From: Candidatus Woesearchaeota archaeon | GTDB taxonomy: Archaea > Nanobdellota > Nanobdellia > Pacearchaeales > GW2011-AR1 | NCBI GenBank assembly: GCA_964408235.1 | Contig: CAYOYN010000002.1 | Span: 44,459-108,458 of the forward strand | Direction of reading: 5' to 3' | Length of the DNA stretch: 64,000 bases | In this document: positions 46,557-56,050 of the stretch, in pieces | How positions within the stretch are numbered: position 1 is the stretch's first letter | Layout of the letters: every line of letters begins with the position of its first letter | Notes under the pieces: model-generated | Told to the model about the DNA's origin: nothing | Seen by the model: only the letters and a program-made list of their open reading frames with translations | Database searches by the model: none | Made by a program: the position numbers and the translations under genes

Positions 46557-47861
46557 ATGGGTTTAGTTGAAGATAAGGTCAAAACATATTTGGCTGCAAT
46601 AAAAAAATACAATAAAATCGTTAATGCTTTTTTAGAGGTTAGAGATGAAAAGGAATTAATTGAGGAAGCAAGAAAACTTGATTCTAAGTCTAAAAAAGGT
46701 AAACTTTACGGATATGTAATAGGTGTTAAAAGTAATATTTGTGTTAAGGGTTTACATGCTTCTTGTGCTTCTAAAACTTTGGAAGACTATGAAGCTCCTT
46801 ATGATGCAACTGTTGTTTCTAAAATTAAGTCTGAAGATGGTTTGATAATCGGAATGCTTAATTGCGATGAATTTGCATGTGGTTGGACTGGTGAAACTAG
46901 TGCTTTTGGAAAGACGGATAATCCTACAGTTCCTGGACATATTCCCGGAGGTTCAAGTAGTGGTAGCGCTGCAGCAGTTGCTGCAGGATTTTGCGATGTA
47001 GCTTTGGGAAGTGATACTGGAGGGTCAATTAGAGTTCCTGCATCATTTTGTGGAGTGGTTGGAATAAAACCTTCTTATGGATGTGTTTCTCGTTATGGTT
47101 TAATTGATTTGTCTATGTCTTTAGATCAAATTGGTCCTATTGCAAGAAATGTTGAAGGTGCTTCAATATTATTAGATGTAATAAAAGGAATTGATGAAAA
47201 AGATACTACTACTTTTGATTCTAAGCCTATTAAGAATGAGAATGTTGAAAAAATGAAATATGGTTTAGTAAGTGTTCCACAAGTAGATGTTAGAATTATG
47301 GATATGGTTGCGTCTGTATTTGCTGGAGCTAATGAAAAATTAAAATGGTCTGAAAAAAAAGTTACTCTAAAAAATATTGACTTAGCTATTCAAACTTATC
47401 ATCCTCTTGTTTGGACGGAGTTTTTTTCTGCAACTCGTAGAATGGATGGCAGAAGATTTGGAAAGAAAATTGAAGATAGTGCTGGAGATGAAGTTTTACG
47501 TAGGCTTTCAGGCGGAAGTGAAATATCTAAGGCAGAATCTGAGGGGCAATATTATCACAAGGCTCTTGCTGTTAAAGAACTAATCAAAAAAGAATTTGAA
47601 AGAGTTTTAGATGAGGTAGATTTTATCGTTATGCCTACGACTCCATTTTTGCCTTGGAAATTTGGTACAAAGGTTGACCTTGAAAAATTATATGCTGTTG
47701 ATGCTCTTACCATCCCAGGTAATTTGGCTGAAATATGTGCTATATCCATTCCAATCGGAAAAATTGAAGAAAAACCAGTTGGTATGCAGATAGTTTGTGC
47801 TAAAGGGCATGAGTCTAGAATGATTAGTATTGCGAAAGAGATTGAAAAGATAGTTGCATAA
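46557..47861 (+). CDS. gatA: Amidase-signature enzyme, Asp/Glu-tRNA amidotransferase subunit A
   Basis: GGSSSGSAAAVAAG amidase signature with the Ser-cisSer-Lys spacing. Confidence 0.8.
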   Translation: MGLVEDKVKTYLAAIKKYNKIVNAFLEVRDEKELIEEARKLDSKSKKGKLYGYVIGVKSNICVKGLHASCASKTLEDYEAPYDATVVSKIKSEDGLIIGMLNCDEFACGWTGETSAFGKTDNPTVPGHIPGGSSSGSAAAVAAGFCDVALGSDTGGSIRVPASFCGVVGIKPSYGCVSRYGLIDLSMSLDQIGPIARNVEGASILLDVIKGIDEKDTTTFDSKPIKNENVEKMKYGLVSVPQVDVRIMDMVASVFAGANEKLKWSEKKVTLKNIDLAIQTYHPLVWTEFFSATRRMDGRRFGKKIEDSAGDEVLRRLSGGSEISKAESEGQYYHKALAVKELIKKEFERVLDEVDFIVMPTTPFLPWKFGTKVDLEKLYAVDALTIPGNLAEICAISIPIGKIEEKPVGMQIVCAKGHESRMISIAKEIEKIVA

Positions 47862-47891
47862 CATTATAAAATCGAATTATTCTAGATTATT

Positions 47892-48725
47892 ATGAAAATT
47901 CAGTTTAATCCAAAAACTTTTTTTCTGTTTTCTCTCTTTCTTTTGATAGGAGTCACTTTTATTATTTACCCATTTACTGATTCTAGTAAAAGTATAAGAG
48001 ATTCATACGGTAATTTATTATTCAATCCTACTGAACCATCATTGGGTTCTATGGGGGGGCACTTGAATGCTCCTGGCAGACCTCATGATACAGAAGATAT
48101 TCCAGAGGGATGGATTCATAATGACTTTAAGGGAAATGTTTATGATACCCTAATAGTTCAAGGAAATAGGTTACATAATAACTTTCCTGGAAACCCCTAT
48201 CACACTTTAAGATATCCTCCCGGATACGAACATGTAAACAAACAAACAAGCCCTGATTATACTTATAGGGTAAGCCCGGAACCTGGGAGACATCAAGAAA
48301 AACCCCGACAATTACATAATAACTTTCCTGGAAGACCTGGAGATACTTTAATGTACGACTCTGGAAAAAAACATTATGACTTTCCTGGAAGACCTGGAGA
48401 TACTACCAGACATGAGCCAGATTATGAACATAGTAATTTCCCAGGAAATCCTTATGATACGGACTCAAACCCTCCGGGATGGAAACACAATGATCACGCT
48501 GGCCCGAGCCAAACTTCATCGTATCCTCCTACTTACGAACACAATAGTTTTCCTGGAAGACCTCAGGATACTAGGATGTTTCCTCCAGAATGGAAACATA
48601 ATGATAGACAGGGAAATCAATATGATACTCAGAGATTTCCTCCAGGAAGTAAACATAATAATAGTCCCGGCCCAAGTCAGACTTCTATGAATTGGCAATC
48701 ATCTCAAAACCCGCCTGGAGCTTGA
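47892..48725 (+). CDS. Secreted or membrane-anchored repeat protein with ~7 degenerate FPG(R/N)P-x-DT...PP-x-KHN repeats
   Basis: N-terminal signal/anchor helix, then repeats such as HNNFPGNPYHTLRYPPGYEHVN, HNNFPGRPGDTLMYDSGKKHYD, FPGRPGDTTRHEPDYEHSN, FPGNPYDTDSNPPGWKHNDH, NSFPGRPQDTRMFPPEWKHNDR. Rich in His, Asn, Pro, Gly, Tyr and Asp. Confidence 0.5.
   Translation: MKIQFNPKTFFLFSLFLLIGVTFIIYPFTDSSKSIRDSYGNLLFNPTEPSLGSMGGHLNAPGRPHDTEDIPEGWIHNDFKGNVYDTLIVQGNRLHNNFPGNPYHTLRYPPGYEHVNKQTSPDYTYRVSPEPGRHQEKPRQLHNNFPGRPGDTLMYDSGKKHYDFPGRPGDTTRHEPDYEHSNFPGNPYDTDSNPPGWKHNDHAGPSQTSSYPPTYEHNSFPGRPQDTRMFPPEWKHNDRQGNQYDTQRFPPGSKHNNSPGPSQTSMNWQSSQNPPGA
48170..48700. repeat. Tandem degenerate ~66-bp DNA repeats underlying the protein repeats
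   Basis: For example, ACTTTCCTGGAAGACCTGGAGATACT occurs twice (about 48318 and 48381). The repeats generate spurious ORFs in other frames at 48376-48690 and 48516-48698. Confidence 0.7.
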
Positions 48726-48762
48726 TTTTATATATCTATATAAATAAGATTTATTTTTATTA

Positions 48763-49875
48763 ATGATGAATAAAGACTTTTTTACCTGGGATAAATTAAT
48801 CATTATTTTATTTTTTGGTTTATTGGCTATGGTTATTATCGGCTTAATTAGTGGTAATAAAATTGAGAATCTTAAAATTGATGATAAATCATTTTTTACG
48901 CAAGGCGAATTAATGGAAGATCTTGCTAATACTTCTGTTAATATGAGTGATGCACTAGATGTTTTTAGATATGTTTTTCACAGGATGGAAGATGAAGTTA
49001 CAATATATCAATCTGAAAACAATCTTTACTTGAGATTTGCCGCCCATGGGAGAATATTTGGGGGAATTATTACTCTTGCTATATTGACGCGAGATGAGGG
49101 AGTTATTAGTCTTAGTTACATTGAAAGAAAAGAGAATCCTAATGAAGCTCCTGTTAGAGATTTTATTGGAGGGGGGAATTCATTTAATGCTACCCATGGA
49201 GTTATTGTTGAGAAACTGAATGATTGGAAATATCAAGCAACTTTTGAAAATAAAACTGTGATCTTTAATTTGTACAATCCTGGTATGAGTCCTCCAAAAA
49301 AAGCTAAATTATTGAAGGCTGAAGAATATGTTGGACCGGTTTTTGATGAATCTGGTATTGAAATGTATCTTGTTTTCAATAAAAATGTAAATAGATTATA
49401 TTTAATATTAAATGAGGATAGATATGTTAGAGAGCAATTTTTAGATATTGGAGAAGGTGTTTTAATCGGACACAGGACATCTTTTGCATTCTACAATGAT
49501 TCTGTAAACAATAGGAAAATATTGATTGGGGTTAGAGGAGAAAATACTATTCAAAACAATTGGTATGACGGGCCGCATGATCAGATGCCTGATAATTATG
49601 TGCATTACGGATATATTCCTAAATATTTAGAGTATCTGGAAGCAGCTTACCCGGAACTAAAAGGTAGAATGGACAAATATGGCCACTTTTTAGAGAAGGA
49701 TACTGGAAGAGTTGCTGTAGCGCCATATTATGTTTATTTTTATGAACAAGATTTATTGGATATTGTTTCTGCTTGTAAGAAAATGAAAGATCAATCCGAA
49801 ATGTATGATTGCATGACTCTGCAAATATATGACATTCCAGAAGAAAAACAATATTTAATGCATTATTACGAATAG
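48763..49875 (+). CDS. Hypothetical membrane-anchored protein
   Basis: 370 aa, N-terminal TM helix, Tyr-rich C-terminal region; no recognised family. Confidence 0.4.
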   Translation: MMNKDFFTWDKLIIILFFGLLAMVIIGLISGNKIENLKIDDKSFFTQGELMEDLANTSVNMSDALDVFRYVFHRMEDEVTIYQSENNLYLRFAAHGRIFGGIITLAILTRDEGVISLSYIERKENPNEAPVRDFIGGGNSFNATHGVIVEKLNDWKYQATFENKTVIFNLYNPGMSPPKKAKLLKAEEYVGPVFDESGIEMYLVFNKNVNRLYLILNEDRYVREQFLDIGEGVLIGHRTSFAFYNDSVNNRKILIGVRGENTIQNNWYDGPHDQMPDNYVHYGYIPKYLEYLEAAYPELKGRMDKYGHFLEKDTGRVAVAPYYVYFYEQDLLDIVSACKKMKDQSEMYDCMTLQIYDIPEEKQYLMHYYE

Positions 49876-49903
49876 TTATAAAATAAGAGTTGTTTTCATT
49901 TTT

Positions 49904-50569
49904 ATGAAAATCCATAGTGGGGAATTACAGTTTCTAGGTCACTCAGGATTTTTGGTTAAGGTTCAAGGCAAAGCTATTATCATTGACCCTTACAAATTAT
50001 CAGATAATGTTCCTAAAGCTGATATTGTGCTTATAACTCACAGCCATAACGATCACTGCAGCATCAAAGATATACAGAAAGTTTCTAGGCGAGGAACTAT
50101 TGTTTTATGTCCTGTAGACTGTCAAAGTGCTTTGATGAAAGTAAAAAATGTTGAGGTTCATATAGTTGAAAAGAGAGATATTCTTGATTTTAGAAATTTT
50201 AAAATAGAATGTGTTCATGCTTATACAAATAATAAACACCATCCTCAAAATGAAGGGTGGTTAGGTTACTTGATTAAATCTGGGAAAGATATAATTTATT
50301 TTGCAAGTGATACAGATTTAACAAATGATTTGAAGAGCTTAAGTGGATATGGTAAGGATGGCAATAATTTTATTACTATATTACCTGTTAGTGGTACTGT
50401 CGCAATGGATTCAATAGAAGCATCTAACGCAGCTAAAATTCTTAACTCAACTCTAGCTATTCCTCATGGATATGGTGCAGGTTTATACGGTTCTCAAGAA
50501 GATGCAAGTAGATTTGTTGAACTTTGTATACAAAACGGTTTGAATGCTGTTGTGCTTGATAAAATTTGA
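49904..50569 (+). CDS. MBL-fold metallo-hydrolase
   Basis: HSHNDH (HxHxDH) motif and a downstream His/Asp ligand. Confidence 0.7.
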   Translation: MKIHSGELQFLGHSGFLVKVQGKAIIIDPYKLSDNVPKADIVLITHSHNDHCSIKDIQKVSRRGTIVLCPVDCQSALMKVKNVEVHIVEKRDILDFRNFKIECVHAYTNNKHHPQNEGWLGYLIKSGKDIIYFASDTDLTNDLKSLSGYGKDGNNFITILPVSGTVAMDSIEASNAAKILNSTLAIPHGYGAGLYGSQEDASRFVELCIQNGLNAVVLDKI

Positions 50570-50589
50570 TTAGATACTCTTAAAAAGGG

Positions 50590-51591
50590 ATGTTTAGACT
50601 TTTTGATATGGATAATGAAAAAATAGCACGTGAAAATTTACTTAGAGAAAGCTCTGAGCCTGAAGGATTAAGTATACGAGGATATGATTTTAGCTTAGGA
50701 GTTAATTATTCTAGTTTAATTGAATCTTTTGCTACAAGCGGTTTTCAAGCGAGTCATTTATCACAAGCTATAGATATAACTAATAGAATGATTTCTGATA
50801 AGGCATTCATATTTTTAGGGTACACTTCTAATATGGTTTCTTCAGGTTTACGGGACATAATTAGTTATCTTGTACAAAATAAAAAAGTAAATGTTCTTGT
50901 TACTACCTGTGGTGGAATTGAAGAAGATATAATCAAATGTTTGGGTAGTTTCAAATTAGGAGAATTTGATGCAGATGGATCTAAATTACGCGAGGCTGGA
51001 GTTAATAGGATAGGAAATATTTTTGTGCCTAATTCTAGGTATGTTGCTTTTGAAAAATTTGTTCAACCAATACTTGAAGATCTTTATCAAGAAAGTAAAA
51101 AAACTGGTAAGCAGGTTACAGGAAATCAATTAATTTGGAAGCTTGGAGAGAAAATTAAGGATGAAAATAGTATTTATTATTGGGCTTGGAAAAATCAAAT
51201 TCCTGTTTATTGTCCTGCTCTACTTGACGGAGCACTTGGTGACAATGTTTACTTTTTCAAATTCAAAAGACCTGATTTTGTAATTGATCAAACACATGAT
51301 GTGGTATGGTTTAATAATACTACAATTGGCTTAAAAAAATCTGGAGCTATAATTCTTGGAGCAGGAGTTGTAAAACACGCAATCCTCAATGCAAATATGT
51401 TACGTAATGGGTTGGACTATTGTGTTTATGTTAATACTAGTCAAGAATTTGATGGTTCCGACGCTGGTGCTCGACCTGATGAAGCGGTATCTTGGGGAAA
51501 AATATTGCCAAAAGCAAAAAGTGTCAAGGTATTTTGTGATGCCACGATAGCTTTTCCAATTTTAGTTGCAGAAACATTTGCTAAAAACTAA
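50590..51591 (+). CDS. dys: Deoxyhypusine synthase
   Basis: Typical DHS blocks: TSNMVSSGLRD, VTTCGGIEEDIIKC, GDNVYF. 333 aa. Confidence 0.85.
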   Translation: MFRLFDMDNEKIARENLLRESSEPEGLSIRGYDFSLGVNYSSLIESFATSGFQASHLSQAIDITNRMISDKAFIFLGYTSNMVSSGLRDIISYLVQNKKVNVLVTTCGGIEEDIIKCLGSFKLGEFDADGSKLREAGVNRIGNIFVPNSRYVAFEKFVQPILEDLYQESKKTGKQVTGNQLIWKLGEKIKDENSIYYWAWKNQIPVYCPALLDGALGDNVYFFKFKRPDFVIDQTHDVVWFNNTTIGLKKSGAIILGAGVVKHAILNANMLRNGLDYCVYVNTSQEFDGSDAGARPDEAVSWGKILPKAKSVKVFCDATIAFPILVAETFAKN

Positions 51592-51706
51592 ATTTGTTAC
51601 TCTTATTTCGTTAGTAAAACATGTTTTTTTATTACACACAATTATTTAAAGCGAAAATACAATAAAAAATCAATTATTTGAAAGGAGGTATGAAAAAAAG
51701 AAACAA

Positions 51707-52798
51707 ATGGTTCTAGATTTTGCAAAAGAAGCAATTGCAAATGCGTCCACGCATAGCATCAATTTTGATGAACTTCGAGCTGGAAAGGCTAACATAAAAG
51801 TTTTTGGAGCAGGAGGTGCTGGTTGTAACACAATTACTTGGTTATTTAACAAAGGGATTAATGGTGCTACTATTTACGGTACTAATACTGACGCTCTACA
51901 CTTGAGCATTACAAAGGCTGATGAGAAAATTTTAATGGGAAAAGAGATTACTCGTGGTCTTGGTTGCGGAGGTTGGCCTCAAAAGGGAAGAGAAGCTGCT
52001 AAGGAATCTTTATCTGAACTTAAGAAATCAGTCAGTAATGCTGATATGGTTTTCATCTGTGCAGGTATGGGTGGTGGAACAGGTACTGGATCTGCTCCAG
52101 TTATTGGTCAACTCGCAAAAGAGGCTGGCGCTGTAGTTATTGCAGTAGTCACAATGCCTTTTGAATGTGAGAAGGCTAGAATTGACAAAGCAGAATTCGG
52201 ATTACAAGAGTTACGTGAAGTAGTTGATACAGTTATCGTTATTGATAACAACAGACTAGTAGATATTGCTGGTAACTTGCCAATGGAACAAGCTTTCGCA
52301 GTTGCGAACGAGCTAGTAAGTACAATGATAAAAGGTATAGTGGAGACTATTACTTTGCCTTCATTGATCAACTTAGACTACGCTGACGTTTCAGCAATTA
52401 TGAAGGGTGGTGACGTTGCAGTTATAGGAGTAGGTGAGTCTGACAGTTCCATGAGAGTTGAAGAGGCTGTAAGACAGGCTCTTACACATCCACTTTTGGA
52501 TGTAGACTACAGGGGCGCTACAGGAGCTCTAATCCACATTACTTGCGGTCCGGACTTTAAGCTTGAAGAGTTCTCTGGCGTAGGAAACTTAGTCACAGAA
52601 AACTTAAGCGGTGAAGCTCAGGTAATTATTGGTGCGCGTATTAACAAAGAATTTGGATCTAAAGTGCGAGTCATAACTATTATGACTGGAGTTAAATCTC
52701 CATATGTACTTGGAAAAGAATTGGCCTCATCTGTTAACAATAACAGAAGTGGGACAAAATCTGAAATGTCTGATTTAGGCATTGAGATTTTCCGTTAA
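51707..52798 (+). CDS. ftsZ: Cell division GTPase FtsZ
   Basis: Tubulin signature GMGGGTGTGSAP; FGAGGAGCN. AGGAGGT Shine-Dalgarno upstream. Confidence 0.9.
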   Translation: MVLDFAKEAIANASTHSINFDELRAGKANIKVFGAGGAGCNTITWLFNKGINGATIYGTNTDALHLSITKADEKILMGKEITRGLGCGGWPQKGREAAKESLSELKKSVSNADMVFICAGMGGGTGTGSAPVIGQLAKEAGAVVIAVVTMPFECEKARIDKAEFGLQELREVVDTVIVIDNNRLVDIAGNLPMEQAFAVANELVSTMIKGIVETITLPSLINLDYADVSAIMKGGDVAVIGVGESDSSMRVEEAVRQALTHPLLDVDYRGATGALIHITCGPDFKLEEFSGVGNLVTENLSGEAQVIIGARINKEFGSKVRVITIMTGVKSPYVLGKELASSVNNNRSGTKSEMSDLGIEIFR

Positions 52799-52840
52799 TT
52801 AGGCGTATTTAGTATTTTATTTTTTTATTTTTATCTTTTT

Positions 52841-53413
52841 TTATTCATATGTAGTAGAATCTTCATATGGGTATTTTCGAGGTTTATTTTTTTCATTCCA
52901 TTTTTCCCAGAATATTTTTCCTTCTAATTCAATTTTTCTTGCTTTCTTTTGTTTTTTGTTTTTTGGATATCCCACAGGAATTATTGCTTCAACTTCCCAA
53001 GAATCTGGAATCTGGAATTTTGATTTAATTTCATGTTCTGAAAATGAACCTATCCAACAAGCACCTAATTCTTGATCTGTTAGGCTTAACAACATATTTT
53101 GTATTGCTGCTCCAGCTTGTTGTTTACCATATATTAGCCCCCTATCTTGATAAAGTTGTTCCAATCTTTTCAATTCAGAACAAACTATTATTATCCATTG
53201 GGCATCATTCATCCAATATTGTTGGCAAAATTCACTCACAAAGTTTTTGTTTTCTTTGGATTCTATTATTATAAATTTTAAATTGTTTATATTTCCTGCA
53301 AAAGGAGCCTGATTTGCTGCATCTATTGCTTCTAAAATTTTATCAAATTTAACTGATTTATTTGAAAAATCTCTTGTGGATATTCTCTTATTTATTGCCT
53401 CTTCTGTTTTCAT
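52841..53413 (-). CDS. Nitroreductase-family protein
   Basis: N-terminal RISTRDF and FMN-binding-region pattern. 190 aa. Confidence 0.6.
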   Translation of the reverse strand: MKTEEAINKRISTRDFSNKSVKFDKILEAIDAANQAPFAGNINNLKFIIIESKENKNFVSEFCQQYWMNDAQWIIIVCSELKRLEQLYQDRGLIYGKQQAGAAIQNMLLSLTDQELGACWIGSFSEHEIKSKFQIPDSWEVEAIIPVGYPKNKKQKKARKIELEGKIFWEKWNEKNKPRKYPYEDSTTYE

Positions 53414-53444
53414 GGTTTTACCTAGTTAATAATGGTTAAAAACT

Positions 53445-54521
53445 TTAGTATGTGATCTCACCGCCGCCAAGCATAATTTTTGATTTGGTGTAGATGACTG
53501 CTGATTGGCCTTCTGCTACACCTTCTATTGGTTTGTTTAAAATTACTTTATTTCCTTTTATTTCTGCTTTATGTAGTTCTCCTAGGTGTCTTATCCTTAC
53601 TAATATCTTAGATGATTTTGGTTTGGCTGAAATATAGTTTATATCTTTAATTTTGAATTCATTTTTCTTTAATGCTGTATGATTTTCTGGTGCTACAATT
53701 AAAATGTTTTTTTTGAGATCTTTACTTGCTATGTAGATTTTTGACTTTACTTTATTTCTATATTCATTATTTATTTGAATGTCTTGATTTTCTCCCAATC
53801 TTTCTCCTATTGTATAAAACATCATTCCATTATGCTTTCCTACGATATTTCCTTCTGGATCTTTTATTATCCCTTGTTTATTTTTTATCTTTTGTTTAAG
53901 GAAGTCTTTTACATCTATATTTCCTACAAAACATAACCCTCTTGTACCTTGTCTATTCCAGTTTTGAAGATTGCTCTTCTTTGCAATATCTCTTACTTCA
54001 CTTTTTGTATATTCGCCTATCGGAAATAATGTGTGTTTAAGATCTTCTTGAGATAGGCCGTATAGAAAATAAGATTGGTCTTTTTTATTATCTTTTGGTA
54101 TTTTTAGATAGAATTTATTTCCTTTTTTTATTTTCTTAATGTAATGGCCTGTTGCTATAAATTGGCATCCAAGCTTTCTTGCTTCAAACCACAGATAAGG
54201 AAATTTTACTATTGTATTACAAGCAGAATCTGGATTAGGGGTTAAACCTCTTGCATAATCTCTAAACATCGGTTTTATTACTTGGTTTGTATATTCTTTT
54301 TCATAATTTAAGGTTATGAATTTTATCCCCAACATGCTTGCTATTTTTTGAGCACTTTTTCTATCTTCTATCCATGGGCATTCTCCCGTAATCTTATTTT
54401 TCTTTTCAGAGAAGCAACGCATAAAAGCTCCTATTACTTCGTAGCCTTGCTTTTGCAAAAGAAGAGCTGCTACGCTTGAGTCTACGCCTCCTGAGAGGCC
54501 TAATAATACTTTTTGTTTCAT
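53445..54521 (-). CDS. mnmA: tRNA 2-thiouridylase, MnmA type (PP-loop ATPase)
   Basis: PP-loop SGGVDSS and MnmA-typical Cys positions. 358 aa. Confidence 0.8.
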   Translation of the reverse strand: MKQKVLLGLSGGVDSSVAALLLQKQGYEVIGAFMRCFSEKKNKITGECPWIEDRKSAQKIASMLGIKFITLNYEKEYTNQVIKPMFRDYARGLTPNPDSACNTIVKFPYLWFEARKLGCQFIATGHYIKKIKKGNKFYLKIPKDNKKDQSYFLYGLSQEDLKHTLFPIGEYTKSEVRDIAKKSNLQNWNRQGTRGLCFVGNIDVKDFLKQKIKNKQGIIKDPEGNIVGKHNGMMFYTIGERLGENQDIQINNEYRNKVKSKIYIASKDLKKNILIVAPENHTALKKNEFKIKDINYISAKPKSSKILVRIRHLGELHKAEIKGNKVILNKPIEGVAEGQSAVIYTKSKIMLGGGEITY

Positions 54522-54560
54522 ATTTAGTTTAGTTTTTTTTAGTATATAAAATATAGAGAA

Positions 54561-54611
54561 ACGTCCCCTGCTGGACTCGACTTGACAAAAGACGTCCCCT
54601 GCTGGACTCGA
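54561..54611. repeat. Perfect 20-nt direct repeat ACGTCCCCTGCTGGACTCGA (54561-54580 and 54592-54611); the second copy is the 3' end of tRNA-Asn
   Basis: 20/20 identity, 11-bp spacer. Seen directly in the sequence. Confidence 0.85.
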
Positions 54612-54665
54612 ACCAGCGACCCCGCGGTTAACAGCCGCGTGCTCTACCTGCTGAGCTAAGAGGAC
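54593..54665 (-). tRNA. tRNA-Asn (anticodon GTT)
   Basis: Reverse complement: acceptor GTCCTCT/AGGGGAC (one G-U pair), anticodon stem CGCGG/CCGCG with loop CTGTTAA, T arm GCTGG-TTCGAGT-CCAGC, discriminator G. Confidence 0.85.
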
Positions 54666-54895
54666 TTGAAAATAAGAGCCATTTTATGTTATTTAAATCT
54701 TGGTTTTATGTCATTTTTGATTAATTTTTATTTGAAATTTTATTTTTTAATTTTTTTAAGAAAATTTTCTATTATTTTTTCTCGACGATAAATTATTTAT
54801 CTAAAATTAAAAAATTATTTTTTTTGAAAAATTCTGCATAGTTTTAAATATAAGTTTGTATATTTTATTTTAAAGAGGTATATGATAGAGTGGCA

Positions 54896-54982
54896 ATGAA
54901 AAAGGCTAAGAAATCTGCAAAAAGATCTTCTGTAAAGAAATCTTCGAAAAGATCTAGCAAGTCAAAGGCTAAACGCAGATAA
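54896..54982 (+). CDS. Possible 28-aa Lys/Ser/Arg-rich peptide
   Basis: MKKAKKSAKRSSVKKSSKRSSKSKAKRR. Very short, sits in a 230-bp AT-rich spacer, and could be a non-coding accident. Confidence 0.2.
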   Translation: MKKAKKSAKRSSVKKSSKRSSKSKAKRR

Positions 54983-55034
54983 CCTTACCTTAAATTTTTT
55001 AGTTTTATTTATTTTTATTTAATCTTTTTATTTT

Positions 55035-55598
55035 TTATTGAAGATCTTCTAGGTCTTCATCTTCAGGATCAATTCTTGAATTTTCTTTTTTGTTTATTTT
55101 CTTAGGATTTTCTTTTTTGTCTTTCTTTTGAGTATTTATTCTCTCAAGATATTTGTAAGCATTTGCTTGTTTTGTCCCTTTTATGATATTAGTTACTGCA
55201 GTCAGTGCACTTTCGGTTACTTCTGCTGAACCAATTATACCTACTTGATTATCATGGATCGAAATATCACATTTTGTTATTTCTTCAATTGTTTTCTTTG
55301 TTTTTCCATGTGTTCCTATCAATCTACTTCTTACCACTTCTAAATTTTTTGTATTCGCATGGTCTTTTATGTTTATTTTAATAAAATCGTTTTCTTCATC
55401 TAACACTTTAAGAGATTTTTCCACTGAAAAACCTAAATTGATTGCATCAAAAACTCTTTGAGCTTCATATTCATTGAAAGGATCCGTATCAATAGTTATT
55501 GTTTTATCTTTGATTTGTATCTTACAATTTAGTTTTTGTTCTAATTTTTCTTTATTTTTTAGAACTTCTCTTTTTCTAGATATTTCTATTAAGATCAT
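55035..55598 (-). CDS. KH-domain RNA-binding protein (Dim2/Pno1-like)
   Basis: Two KH modules (GxxG-type loop in IGTHGKTKKTIEEI) and an acidic tail. Located next to aIF-1A. Confidence 0.65.
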   Translation of the reverse strand: MILIEISRKREVLKNKEKLEQKLNCKIQIKDKTITIDTDPFNEYEAQRVFDAINLGFSVEKSLKVLDEENDFIKINIKDHANTKNLEVVRSRLIGTHGKTKKTIEEITKCDISIHDNQVGIIGSAEVTESALTAVTNIIKGTKQANAYKYLERINTQKKDKKENPKKINKKENSRIDPEDEDLEDLQ

Positions 55599-55984
55599 TA
55601 GAATTCTTGTGTTAAGGTATTTAGAAGACCCTTTTTCTTTAATTGAGTAACTTCATTAGGTTTGTATTTATAGATTATATCCCCTTTATCTTTGTCAAAT
55701 TCCCATAGTTTTACTAATACTATGTCCTTTGGCCTTAACCATAATTGTCTTTTGTATTTTCCGGGAACTCTACAATTTCTTGTTTTACCATCAGTAGTAA
55801 GGACTTCCATTCTATTTCCTCCATATCTTTGTACTATGGTTCCTATGATTTCGCCATTCTTTGGCCATCTAGCTCTTACAAACCCTTCTTGTTCTGTTGG
55901 AGCTTCGACTTCTTCTTCTTGAGATCCATCTAGAATTTCTTCAAAATCTCCGAATTCATTATCTTCTTCTTGCATAAATTTCAC
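55598..55984 (-). CDS. eif1a: Translation initiation factor aIF-1A
   Basis: S1-like OB fold: RVPGKYKRQLWLRPKDIVLV..WEF. Confidence 0.85.
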   Translation of the reverse strand: MKFMQEEDNEFGDFEEILDGSQEEEVEAPTEQEGFVRARWPKNGEIIGTIVQRYGGNRMEVLTTDGKTRNCRVPGKYKRQLWLRPKDIVLVKLWEFDKDKGDIIYKYKPNEVTQLKKKGLLNTLTQEF

Positions 55985-56050
55985 AGGCTAAACAGGGTTT
56001 TAAAAGCTTCTGGTGGGGCGTTTTGAATCACCTAATTTTTTAGGTTAAAC

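Noticed and set aside
54666-54895. Replication origin.
   Set aside because: No ORB or mini-ORB repeats and no orc1/cdc6 gene nearby; mcm alone does not mark an origin.
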